NCBI RefSeq assembly: GCF_039654945.1
Contig: NW_027361792.1
Span: 1,612,001 to 1,676,000, forward strand
Direction: 5' to 3'
From: Dendrobates tinctorius
Taxonomy: Eukaryota
Length of the DNA: 64,000 nt
Part shown: positions 50,500 to 62,674 of the stretch, piece after piece
How positions within the stretch are numbered: position 1 is the first letter of the stretch
Layout of the letters: every line of letters starts with the position of its first letter
The notes under the pieces: model-generated
Told to the model about the DNA's origin: nothing
Database searches by the model: none
The model's input: only the letters and a program-made list of their open reading frames with translations
Program-made: the position numbers and the translations under genes

Positions 50500-51900
50500 T
50501 CCCCGGTAATAATGGTCACTTATGGGCAGCACGTTCCCTGCTCACCTCCAGCTGACGCGTCTCAGCTCCAGTCTCTTCTCTCCCCGGTCCCGTCTCGTCT
50601 TCCCCCCCTTCCCTCTCGTCCCCGGTCTCGGCTCCCCCTCTGTCCCCCGGCTCACGTCCCCCCCGGTCTCGGCTCTCCCTCTGTCCCCGGCTCACGTCCC
50701 CCCCGGTCCCGGCTCCCCCTCTGTCCCCGGCTCACGTCCCCCCCGGTCTCGGCTCTCCCTCTGTCCCCGGCTCACGTCCCCCCCGGTCTCGGCTCTCCCT
50801 CTGTCCCCGGCTCACGTCCCCCCCGGTCTCGGCTCTCCCTCTGTCCCCGGCTCACGTCCCCCCCGGTCTCGGCTCTCCCTCTGTCCCCGGCTCACGTCCC
50901 CCCCGGTCTCGGCTCTCCCTCTGTCCCCGGCTCACGTCCCCCCCGGTCTCGGCTCTCCCTCTGTCCCCGGCTCACGTCCCCCCCGGTCTCGGCTCTCCCT
51001 CTGTCCCCGGCTCACGTCCCCCCCGGTCCCGGCTCCCCCTCTGTCCCCGGCTCACGTCCCCCCCGGTCTCGGCTCTCCCTCTGTCCCCGGCTCACGTCCC
51101 CCCCGGTCTCGGCTCTCCCTCTGTCCCCGGCTCACGTCCCCCCCGGTCTCGGCTCTCCCTCTGTCCCCGGCTCACGTCCCCCCCGGTCTCAGCTCTCCTT
51201 CCCTCACGTCCCCGGCTCACGTCCCCCCCCCCCGGTCTCGGCTCTCCCTCTGTCCCCGGCTCACGTCCCCACCGGTCTTGGCTCTCCTTCCCCTTCCTTC
51301 ACGTCCCCGGTCCCGGCTCTCCCTCTCGCCCCCGGTCTCAGCTCTCCTTCCCTCACGTCCCCGGCTCACGTCCCCCCCGCCCGGTCCCGGCTCCCCCTCT
51401 CGCCCCCGGTCTCAACTCTCCTTCCCCTCCCCTCACGTCGCCGGTCCCGGCTCCCCCTCTGTCCCCGGCTCACGTCCCCCCCCGGTCTCGGCTCTCCCTC
51501 TCGTCCCCGGTCTCGGCTCTCCTCCCCCTTCCCTCACGTCCCCGGTCCGGCGCTCGGAGCCGCCATTACTGTTTGTGTTTTGCTCTGTCTGCGTGGAAAG
51601 CTCATCTGCGATTTCTCAGTCGCACATTCTACACCCACAAAAAAAATTCCCTCACTCTCCGGTTCCCCCCTCATCCCCGCAGCACCATCTTATGACCGCC
51701 TAATTTCTACCAGAAACGAGGATATTTTTTTCCGAGTTGCGTCATGATCTGTGATGAGATGTGGAATCTGCAGCCGCCAACAACAAGACTGACTGCAGAG
51801 ACTGCGCTGAGGTCTGGAGAGCCCGAAATTCGGTAAATGGCTGATTGTGTGGGGACCCGGGCGGCGGGGCCGCTGCTGCTTCACCGGAGGGGGCTGCTCA
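50500..51900. promoter_or_regulatory. Probable bidirectional ATG13/HARBI1 promoter region with non-coding first exons
   Basis: CpG-rich region between the divergent genes; candidate minus-strand donor GAG|GTGAG at 50546 and plus-strand donor CG|GTAAAT at 51832; the head-to-head arrangement is known in human. Confidence 0.5.
50585..51548. repeat. 40-bp C-rich, CpG-rich minisatellite
   Basis: CTGTCCCCGGCTCACGTCCCCCCCGGTCTCGGCTCTCCCT; about 14 near-perfect copies plus degenerate flanking copies. Confidence 0.95.
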
Positions 51901-52543
51901 GCTCTGCTAAATAGTTTCTGTGGGACATATGAGACCAGGAAAGTAATAATCCACAGCAACCAATCACAATGCAGCTTTCATTTTTCAGAGGCTTTATGGA
52001 GAATGAAAGCTGCAATCTAATTGGTTGCTATTGGCAATAGCACCATTTTTCTTTAGCTCTCCCCACTGCGGCTCATTTTCATTTTTTCGTCTTCTTGCAC
52101 AAGCAGTAACTTTTCCATCCACCCAGGACTTGTTTTTTCACGGGACGAGTCATAGTTGTGATCGAGAGCGTTCACCTTACTATATAATGTATTGAAAAAT
52201 GGGAAAACCTGATAACACGTGCGATGAAATTGTGAAAAGTCATTCCGCCAAGGGGTTTTTTTTTGTGTTTTGTTTTTACGGCGTTCATTGTGGGGTAAAA
52301 ATGAGCTGATTGCAGAAGTGGGACCAGTATGGGCGGTTGGGATGCCGAATTGTATGGGGCTGCAGTATTTGGCCCCGTCTCTGACCGCCGCTTCTTCTAG
52401 GGGGTGCAGTAAAAGCGCGCCAAATAGCTGACAAGCCTAAAGAGCTTTGACATCTAGGTCGGTGCCACCGGTTCCTATGCAGAGAGCAGGTGAGTTTGTC
52501 ATCGGCTGTTGCGCTGTGCATAGGTAGCGACCGAGATAACAAC

Positions 52544-52813
52544 GCGGCAGCACGGTGGCTCAGTGGTTAGCATTGCAGCGCTGGCGTCCTGGGTTCGAAT
52601 CCCACCAAGGACAATATCTGTAAGGAGTCTGTATGTTCTCCCCGTGTTTGCGTGAGTTTCCTCCGGGTTCTCCGTTTTTCTCCCACACTCCAAAGACATA
52701 CTGATAGGGAATTTAGATTGTGAGCCCCATCGGGGACAGTGATGATAATGTGTGCAAACTGTAAAGCGCTGCAGAATCTGTTAGCGCTATATAAAAATAA
52801 AGATTATTATTAT
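52544..52813 (+). mobile_element. tRNA-derived SINE (V-SINE-like)
   Basis: A box TGGCTCAGTGG, B box GGTTCGAATCC, V-domain-like ATGTTCTCCCCGTGTTTGCGTG.GTTTCCTCCGGG, and (ATT)n tail. Confidence 0.88.
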
Positions 52814-53069
52814 TACATCATTGCCTATGCAGAACACAACAGCTGATGAGAAGATCACCTTGATGCGCATTGCATAGGCAGCAACTCGGGGTTGTCCTGT
52901 GCTTTCCCCTGCGTCTCCTCCTTTGTCATTTTTGGAGAGGAGAGGAGAGAAAAAGACCGGGCTGCGAGAGCTGCCCCGAATGTAAAAAAAAAACAAAAAA
53001 ACAATAACGTGATAATAAATTTTAAGTTTTTACATAATTTGCCTAATCCTATCTAGGTTTTGGACTAAA

Positions 53070-53462
53070 GGGCCTGTCACACTAAGAAATATCGCTAGCA
53101 ATATCGCTATAACTAGTGACGTTATAGCGATATTGCTAGCGATATCGCTGTGTCTGATACTTACCTACGACCCGCTCCCCCGCTGGTTATCGCTGATCGC
53201 GCGAGAACGTCCTGGACTGTTTCTCGTCGTCAGCTTCCTGTGGCGCTTCCTGCTGTGAAGACGAGCGACACGTGGAGCCGGATGGGAGGACGCAGGATCG
53301 CCTAGTGTGTCGGTAAGTAGCGATCCCCGACCCCTGCGATGTCGCTGGCGAGATCTGCCTGTGTGACAGCTCACTAGCGACCACTTAGCGATGCACCAGC
53401 GATCCTGACCGTGTCATATCGCTGGTCGGGATCGCTGGTACATCGCTAAGTGTGACAGTACC
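53070..53462. mobile_element. PIF/Harbinger-like MITE
   Basis: GGGCCTGTCACACT ... AGTGTGACAGTACC termini with ATCGCT/AGCGAT subterminal repeats; related to 58137-58651. Confidence 0.72.
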
Positions 53463-55867
53463 ATAAGGGTTAAGGTTTGGGATCGTGCTATTGTTAGGGT
53501 TGGGTTTAGGGCCAGGATAATAACATATATATACAGTATATTTGTAATGAAAACTGAACTTAACAATGTATAACTTTCTTTTTTAAGTTTTATATCTAAT
53601 GGCCCACGGGTGAGAAGTGAGAAAAAAATTGGCTTCCTCTGGTGCTAGCAAGCCCTGCCTCACCACCGGCGCTGCTGAAAAACACTTTAAAGGAGTATTC
53701 TGGTAAGAAGAACAGGTAATAAGTACTAGATTGGTGGGAATCCCCCACTGATGAATGGAGTGAAGATTGACCACTGTTGCTTCATTCATTCTCTATGCGA
53801 CGCTGGGGATAGGTATTTTTTTCACTTAAATTTGAGTCGAGTAAAGACATTAGTGCTTCCCTGTCCTGACCGGTCCTCCATGGCATCCTGAGTAGGGCAG
53901 ACGTAACTTCTGCGACCAGCATCCTTCATGCTTCTTGCGCTTACAAGGCCCTGCAACATCATGGGGCCAAGTAATCACAAGAGGCAGCCAGGATGGCGGA
54001 TGCAGGACAGTCCAGCTGCATATGAAGGAGCAATTTAAAAGGAATCTATCACCTACAAAAATCAAACAAACGCTTTTTACCTGCATATATTGCGGTAATC
54101 TTCAGGTTAATAGCATTTATATCATGCCCGCCTTAGCGGAAGAGCAGCTACAGGGAGAAAAATAACTTTTATTCTCCCTGCAGCCACTGACTTCCAGACA
54201 CTGGGGCGGTGCAGCAGTTACCGCTTATTGCAGAACAGGCTGTCAGTCGAGGAGAGATGACATTGGATAGTGATCAGTGACTGTAGCCGCCCCGATGACT
54301 GGAAGCGAGCGGCTGCAGGGAAGATGAAACTTTTGCATTCCTCCCTGTAGCTTAAACTTATGCAGAGGCATCAGGTATGAATATCAGAAATGACAGGACC
54401 CCTGTGCAAGGACCATAAATGGATCCATATTTCCTAATAGCTTCTCGTAGAGCACCCCCATCTCCAAGAATCCTCCGGTAACTAAATTCCTTGCACCCCA
54501 CCTCTGGGACCTGCACCTATCGCTTTCCATTCACTTTTATGGCAGTTCCGAAATTAGCTGAGGAAGTGCACTCGACATTTTTTGGAGCGGCTTGACAAGT
54601 AGAGAGAGCTTGTATAAAACGCCACCTCTCTATCCCCAGCAGGACCCCATTTTTGGGATGGGCTCCTGTCCCTGCTTTAATGATGGCAAGGGGCCCCGCT
54701 AACCCATGTGTACTTATGGTGGTGGTCCTGCCCCTGGGAGCTATCACTGTTCCATTTCATGTTATGGAGATAATGTCTCCCAGATGCAGCCGGGGACGGA
54801 GGGCGGGCCTGACCGGGTGTGATGTGGATATTATATGGTGTTTCGCCATGTAATATTACATGTACATGGCAGAATGGTGGCGATAAATCGGCCTTGGAAA
54901 TAGTAGACCATCGTTGGATTTCCACCCGTCAGTGATCGGATACGTTTCTCTCCGTAGATCTCACCTTTATTTCTATATCAATAACTGGCGCTCAAGGAAA
55001 AATATACATAAAGGCGCCTGCTGTGCTCGACCCACAATCACAAAGATCAATCACATTTAATATATCGAGTCCAAGGCGTCTGTGGAAATAAGAGCAGGAG
55101 TGTTTCTGACCGAATCCTGTGGCTGGCCGCATTATTGCAGCGCAGACCAGGAATCACTGGGTAAGACTAGGAAGGCACAGCGACTTTTTTCATGTCGCAT
55201 CAAGTCACATGACCAAAACATTTGGTCTTAGTGTTCCTCAATTTTTCGGCTGTGACACAAGTCCAGAGACTGCAGCATAGTGCAAGTGAATGGGGTCGCA
55301 TGGTGTTCCCCAAGATACTGTGGCAAGCAAGTCGAAAATAATCCAAGTGATTCCAACACTTAGCGATTTGCTTGTCGTGGTTCCTTTCGGGTCACAATAT
55401 GACCCGATTCGCATGCAGCATGCTGTGAACTTTCCAAGGGCGGTGAAATTGCTAAATGCCATCTATACATCATTCATTAGGTAGTAAATATTTTAGAGGT
55501 GAGAAAATATTCTGAAATTTGTAAAAAAAAAACAAAAAAAACATTGTCGTTATTTTTAGAGATTAGTCCTGTATATTGATTTTGGAGTATGTGTGACATT
55601 TTGGTCACTTTTTATTGTCATTTTTGTTTTTTGGGGAGAGGGGTTGGCGATGATTTAATAGCCTTTCAGGCATTCCAATTTTTTTTTTTCTTCGGCATTG
55701 AACTTATACTTTTAATAATTTTATAGTTTAATGTATTTTTTGGTCACGACGCTACTAAATATGATTTTTTTATCTTTAATTATTGTTGACGCGACATGAT
55801 CAAAACTTTTACATTTTTTTAAAACATTTTAATTTTTACTTTATTTTCAGTTCCTCTAGAGGACTTA

Positions 55868-56629
55868 GGCTTTGTGCACACGTTGCGGAATTGCCACGGA
55901 AATTTCCGCGGGAATTCCATTCCGCAGGAAATACGCGAGAAAACCGCATATTAATTCCCGCCTATTTCCCGCGGAAAAACTAGCGATTTGCAAGCGTAAT
56001 CAGCTTGCAGAATGCTAGCGTTTTCCAAGCGAACTGTAGCATCGCTTGGAAAACTGATTGACAGGTTGGTCATACTCGTCAAACATAGTGTTTGACTAGT
56101 GTGACCAACTTTTTACTATTGAGGCTGCCTATGCATTATCAGTAGTAAAAAGATCTAATGTTAAAAATAATTAAAAAAAATTAAAAAAAAGGTGTCTTTC
56201 TCACCTTCCGACATCCCGCGCAGCGTCCCCGATCATCGCGATGCTCCCGGCAGGTCCCGTTCCCAGTGATGCATTGCGACAATGGCCTTTGACGTCGCGG
56301 TCTTTCTAGACCACTACGGTATCGCGAGACCGCTACATTATCAAAGGTCATTGTCGCAACGCATCACTAGGAACAGGACCTGCCGGGAGCATCGCTGAGG
56401 TCTGGTGACGCTGCAAGGGACATCGGAAGGTGAGAATATGACGATTTTTTTATTTTAATTCTATTTTTTACAGCATTATTGTACCCAGAGCCTGGAGGAG
56501 AATCTCCTCTCCTCCGGACCATGGACACCATCCGCAAATGTTCTGCTTACTTTTCGCGTTTTCACGGCAAAATCGTGCATTTAAAATCGCTGCGAAAACG
56601 CAAAAAAAACGCTACGTGTGAACACAGCC
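55868..56629. mobile_element. PIF/Harbinger-like MITE
   Basis: TTA TSD on both sides; GGCTTTGTGCACACGT / ACGTGTGAACACAGCC TIRs; long internal palindrome. Confidence 0.8.
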
Positions 56630-57065
56630 TTAAACTTGCGATTTGTCCACCTTTACTATATACTGCAGTTTTCATATGGAGCTCAGCCTGTGGCTCTACT
56701 TCATAGAAGGACCAATATGGTAGTTATATCATGGTAACCCATCAGTTCCCTATGATCGCGCCAATGTTATTATTCAATATATAAATGGTTGGACTGCTGT
56801 GATTTGAGGGTGCTCCAGTCGCTGCTGGTACAGGTGGATGTCGGCTGTGTAACGCAGCCAGTATCTGCCTGGTATGAAGCAGGATCAGCTCCTGAGCTGG
56901 ATTCTCACTTTCCATTATGTCTAGACCACATTGACCATCAGTAGATGTAAATCGCAGATGGATGGTTCCTGAGTGATGACCGCCTCCTTTCTCTTCTTTC
57001 CAGATAACCTCCCTATGACGTAGCCCAGGATACTTGTGACATTTGCTGGTCTTTGTAGCTTGACT

Positions 57066-57735
57066 ATGGCTATTCCGATAACTGTCCTGGATTGTGACCT
57101 CCTGTTATACGGCCGCGGACACCGCACCCTGGACCGGTTTCGCCTGGATGACGTTTCCAATGAGTACTTGGTTACTACATATGGCTTCCCCCGGCCATTC
57201 ATCGACTACTTGGTTGAACTTCTGGGTGCGAGCCTATGCCGGCCGACTCAGCGATCCCGTGCCATCAGCCCTGAGACTCAGATCATGGCGGCTCTTGGAT
57301 TTTACACCTCTGGTTCATTCCAGACCCGTATGGGAGACACGATTGGAATCAGCCAGGCTTCCATGAGTCGATGTGTGACCAATGTCACCGACGCTCTGGT
57401 GGAGAGAGCCGCGCAGTTCATCTGTTTTCCCCAGGAGGATGTGTCGGTGCAGAAGCTGAAGGATGACTTTTATGGCCTGGCGGGGGTCCCAGGTGTGCTG
57501 GGAGTGGTGGACTGCATGCATGTGACCATTAAAGCCCCTAATGCAGAGGACTTGTCATATATAAACAGGAAGGGCTTGCACTCTTTAAATTGCCTTCTGG
57601 TGTGTGACACTCAAGGGGTCCTTCTCTGGGCTGAAACCCACCGACCCGGCAGCACCCAGGATGATATGGTTCTCCACCAGTCCAACCTTTCCTGTCTGTT
57701 TGAGACGAAAATGCATAAAGAAGGTTGGATGCTGG
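57066..57735 (+). CDS. HARBI1: Harbinger transposase-derived 1, first coding exon
   Basis: [25 protein letters not shown]...[10 protein letters not shown]...[14 protein letters not shown]; exon starts at 57004; donor G|GTATG. Confidence 0.97.
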
Positions 57736-58136
57736 GTATGTTCCCATCATGTGTCTGCAGCTATGCATTATATACCCTGAGGGGTTGTTAAACGATGGTG
57801 GGGGATTCCCTGTCTGATGTCTCCTACTTATGCAACAGTATAGTCACACATTCGCCTATAGGATCCCATGCGAACCCCATTTCTCACCCTGGTATAACTG
57901 TATGTCACAGTCAGGGTGCGCAAGTACAGAGCTGTGTGACACAGACCGCATCTGCCTGTAACAACAGCGACCCGATCCAGCTATAATCGCTGCTGTTTAA
58001 GCATTTAAATGCAGCTGTCAATGCCTAAATGTCAATAGCTGGTGCACACGGAGGAATAAATGGTGCCGACGGGTTACAATGGTAGCTGAGAGATAGCTGG
58101 AAGCCCTCATCACTGCCTTATTGGCCCCTTTGTAAA

Positions 58137-58651
58137 CCTCCGTCACACATAGCGATCTCGCTAGCAAGATCGCTGCTGAGTCACAAGTTTTGTGACGTAA
58201 CAGCGATCTCACCAGCGAGATCGCTGTGTGTGACACTGACCAGCGACCGGCCCCCCTGCCAGTTATCGCTGATCGTCCTGGAATGGCCAGGATGTTTTTT
58301 TGATCGCTGGTCTCCCGCTGGCCAGCACGCATCGCTGTGTGTGACAGGCGGGAGACCGAGCAGGAGCTGGTAACTAAGGAAAACAGAGGGTTTCTAAGTG
58401 CCGCGCAGCACTTAGAAACCCGATGTGTACCTTGGTTACCAGCTCCCTGCACCAGCGCGCTGGTAACTAAGGTACACAGTGGGTAACTAAGCGACGTGCA
58501 TCGCTTGTTACCCCCGTGTCGCTGGTGCTGATCGCTGGTGAAGCTGCCTGTTTGGTAGCTCACCAGCGATCATGTAGCGACACACCAGCGATCCTGACAA
58601 GTTCATTTCGTTGTCGGGATCGCTGGTGCGTCGCTATGTGTGACGGGGCCC
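58137..58651. mobile_element. PIF/Harbinger-like MITE in the HARBI1 intron
   Basis: CCGTCACACATAGCGA / TCGCTATGTGTGACGG TIRs; right end GGGCCC|TTA. Confidence 0.75.
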
Positions 58652-58989
58652 TTACCCACAGCCTGCCTGGATTTCATAGGAAAATGTTAATTTAACTATA
58701 TACTGACTGCAATTAGACAACGACAGGATCAGGTTCCCTAAGGGGGCTACAAAAGTAAAGTAAAAAAAAAAAATTACACATAGATAATTTTTCTAACTAA
58801 TATGAAATATATATAGTAAAAAAAAGATGTATGTTTTAGTCGACCAACTTTTCTCAGGTTAACTAGTATGATAAAACCCATATTTGCATTTTTTTTTCAA
58901 AGTTCTGAATTGTTTTTATACCCCTGTATAAATAATTGAGTTTGCGATATATTCTGAGAGATAACGTTCTCATATTCTGTATTTATTAG

Positions 58990-59363
58990 CGGACAGTGTG
59001 TTTCACCTCCGGCCTTGGCTAATGACGCCGGTGCAAATCCCCGAGAGCCCCCAGGAGTACAGATACAACATGGCGCACTCCGCCACTCACAGCGTCATGG
59101 AGCGCGCTCAGCAGGCGCTTCGTCACCGCTTTCGCTGCTTAGATGGATCGCGCGCCACCTTGCAATACTCCCCCGAGAAGTCGGCGCAGATCATCCTGGC
59201 CTGCTGCATCCTGCACAACATCGCGCTCCAGCACGGCCTGGATATTTGGTGCGATCCTGGACCTTCTGCCATGGAGACTGAAGAGGACTGTAATAACATG
59301 GAGGCAGTGGAGACGGAAGCTTATCGAATGAGGCACGAACTAGTCCTAAATCATTTCACCTAG
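58990..59363 (+). CDS. HARBI1: HARBI1 last coding exon (protein 347 aa in total)
   Basis: ttag|CG GAC acceptor in phase; ADSVFHLRPWLMTP...YNMAHSATHSVMER...RFRCLDGS...LQYSPEK...IILACCILHN...HFT*. Confidence 0.96.
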
Positions 59364-59389
59364 AGAGGAGCGTGAAAATCCAATCAAAG

Positions 59390-60222
59390 TGTTACATCCG
59401 GTACCTGTCCTGGCTCTGCGCCCCGGTCTGCTGCTGCCCCCCCCCCCGCCGTCCAGGGCACTCACCTCGTTTCTTGCGCGCTGTTCCTATGCAGCAGCCG
59501 GCTCCCTATGTGTCCCACGCTGCTTCTCAGCATTCAGGTCTCTTCCCTTCCACCACCTCCTGGCGTCCCGTTGGCAGGCCTGCAGTCAAAGCTATTAGGG
59601 CACGGACACTCTCCAGGCTTCTTAAAGGGACCGCGCGCATTTTTTAAAAAAAAAACAGTTATCCAATAGCAGTGCACTGGCTGCTATATCTGGCCTCTCC
59701 TCCATAGGGAGAGCGCCGGAGCAACGAGTTTCAATCATTGCGACATCCGGTTCTGTTGCTAATCGGTCTGCGCTGCGTTAGCAGTCTCTGTGCATATTCT
59801 TGTGCTGTGTGTCTCCACAGAAATATCTGAATCCTGTTAACCCTGGTCATACCTGCAACCATCTGGGCGAAAGCCATCCCGTTCCGCCAACAGCCATCTG
59901 AGTCCGAGGACTGTGACAAGGTTACTTGAGCCAGCTATCTACAATCTACCCGGATCCAGAACCCGTCTCACTACGGACTCTGCTGCTATTTCTGTTATCC
60001 CTTTTGGTCTGCTGCCACGTGTCCGGGGTCTTACTGGAGGTAGCACCTGTATCCCCCGGGTATTCCATTCTGGTCCTGTCTGAGGGGCTTTACTACGGGT
60101 ACCCGGGGCTCACTAGTCACGCCCCCTTCGGAGCCCCCCGGACCGTGGTCCCGAGGTTCCACTTTGAAAATAAAAAACGAATGTGAACTTCATCATCTCT
60201 GCCTCCGCTTCCATTCGTTACT
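59390..60222 (+). mobile_element. Solo LTR in the HARBI1 3' UTR
   Basis: TGTTAC...GTTACT termini; perfect CAAAG TSD at 59385-59389 and 60223-60227; internal CCAAT and TATAT motifs; AATAAA at 60169-60174. Confidence 0.75.
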
Positions 60223-60399
60223 CAAAGAAGACATATCAAATTAAAATACACATTTACTTATGAAAATATGTGGCTCCTCTTCTTTATTGTCCCAATGACA
60301 ACACTTCCTGTCCTGTCAGGTATTTGCCCAGTCATATGGTCTTTCTGTGCATCCATGTCACCATTCACATCCTGAGAGTAGATATTAATATCAGTGCTC

Positions 60400-60918
60400 T
60401 ACAATGACTGATAGCACCTCTATATACAGCTGATAACACAGGATCCACCATTCATAATAGGTGCTGTCACAGCTCACCTCCTCCTGTACAAAAACTGATA
60501 ACATCTACATACAGCCGATAACACAGAATCCACCATTCATAATAGCTGATGTCACAGCTCACCTCCTCCTCCTGTACAATGACTGATAACACCTGTATAT
60601 ACAGCTGATAACACAGGACCCACCATTCACAATAGATGATGTCACAGCTCACCTCCTCCTGTACAATGACTGATAACACCTATATACAGTAGATAACATA
60701 GGATCCACCATTCATAATAGGTGATGTCACAGCTCACCTCCTCCTGTACGATGACTGATAACACCTCTATATACAGTGGATAACACAGGATTCACCATAC
60801 ACAATAGATGATGGCACAGCTCACCTCCTCCTTTACAATAACTGGTAACATCTCTATATAGAGGATAACACAGGATCCACCATTCACAATAAGTGATGTC
60901 ATAGCTCACCTCCTCCTT
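60400..60918. repeat. About 85-90 bp tandem repeat, about 6 copies
   Basis: CTCACCTCCTCCTGTACAATGACTGATAACACC...GGATCCACCATTCATAATAGGTGATGTCACAG. Confidence 0.9.
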
Positions 60919-61178
60919 TTTTCATAATGACCTTTGTACAACAGATAGGACAGTCTTTTCATTGCGGCTAATGTACATATGAATTTCGTGGAACAAGGAG
61001 TTTGAGTCTAGAGTCTATAAAGCCCCAGAGGTGACAATAGACAGATTTCTATTTTTTATTTTTCATAAAGATTCTGATATAGAAAAAAAAAACATATTCA
61101 AATGTTTTTAACAGACACATTTATTCCAGAAGCCTGATGTAAAGTATGGGTAATTTTCCGATGAAACATTCACTATAA

Positions 61179-61358
61179 GGCCTCGTTCACACCTTCAGTA
61201 TTTGGTCAGTATTTTACATCAGTATTTGTAGCCAAAACCAAAGGAGGAACAATCAGAGGAGAAGTCTATTAGAAACTCGTACCACTTCTGTATTCATCAC
61301 CGCTCCTGGTTTTGGCTTCCAAATACTGATGTCATATACTGACCATGTGAGTGTGGCC
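61179..61358. mobile_element. PIF/Harbinger-like MITE
   Basis: TAA|GGCCTCGTTCACA ... TGTGAGTGTGGCC|TAA. Confidence 0.75.
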
Positions 61359-62674
61359 TAAAGGGTAATACCTAAATTTCTAAGTTATCAGTTACTGATG
61401 GTCGGGGGTCCGACTCTAACTGATCCTGACACTGGGGCTCTGCAGAATCCAGAGTGAAGCAGAGGCGGACATGTCCTGCCACCACTTCATTCATTGTCTA
61501 TGGGACTGCTGGGGCACATGTCCAGATATCAGGAGGTTGGTGTGCTCTCAGTCGTGATGCTAGGTGCTGGTGGAACGGGTACGTGACTCCTCGTCCAAGG
61601 CAACAGAAATTCACCGCACACTCTTGGGGCTCTTTCACATCTTCTGATATTTCCGATACTGGAAAAGCCAATATCGGAGATGTCCATGTGTGTAATACTT
61701 GTGGCAGCTGTGTACGTGGCAACTGTGTGCCGCATAAGTACCACACATCCTGGAAACTAGGAATCAGCGGTATTGTTCGCACTTTACCCCGGGGCCGGGT
61801 GCTGAAGACGGCTCTCATCATTCACCCCTGCTCATGCTGTGATTAGCACTAGCAGGAAGAATGTTGAGACTTGACTTCAACTGATCACAGTGAGAGCATG
61901 AGCGGATGATGGGAGTATTCATCAGCCGCTTGCACTTAAATAATTTTAAAAAAAGTGACGTGGGTTTCCCTATATTTTTGATAACCATCCAGGCAAAACT
62001 GACAGCTGCGGGCTGCAACCCTCAGCTGTCAGCTTCAGAAAGGCTGGTTATCAAGAATAGAGGGGTCCCCACGCCATAATTTTTAATTACTTAAATAACA
62101 ACCAGCCATGCTAAAGCAGACAGTTGGGGGGCTGGTATTCTCAGGCTGGTAAGGGGCCATGGATATTGACCCCCCCCCAAGCAGAAAAATAGCCTGCAGC
62201 TGCCTGGAAAAGGCGAATCTAGTAGATGCGCCAATTCTGGCGTTTTGCCCAGCTCTTCCCACTTGACCTGTAGCGGTGGCAAGTGGAGTAATATTTGTGG
62301 GGGTTGATGTCACCTTTGTATTGTCCAGTAACATCAAACCCACAGCTTAGTAATGGAGAGGCATCTATATGTTCTATCTGTTGCATGCAAACATCTAATG
62401 ATAATGTGCAAAGGTCATTGTGAATAAATTAGAAGGTGATCTGTGACATCACCTGTTGTGAATGATGGATCCTGTGTTATCTATGTATGAATACTCCCAT
62501 CGGCCGCCTCCTGCTCTCACTGTTATCAGCTGATTACAACTCTCAACATTGTCTCCTGCTAGCACAGAGGAGGGAAGGATGATGAGAGCCGTCTTCAGCA
62601 CCCGGCACTGGGTAACAGCATTAACTGTATCGCTGCTTCCCAGGTGCCGGTACGTGTCACACAGATGATACACC

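Noticed and set aside
50482-51747. 421-aa and 393-aa Pro/Ser-rich ORFs
   Set aside because: They are translations of a stop-free 40-bp minisatellite; the same peptide cycles through all frames
52544-52606. tRNA gene
   Set aside because: A and B boxes are present but there is no full cloverleaf, and it continues into a SINE body and tail
53465-53512. Interstitial telomeric repeat
   Set aside because: Only a few degenerate AGGGTT units
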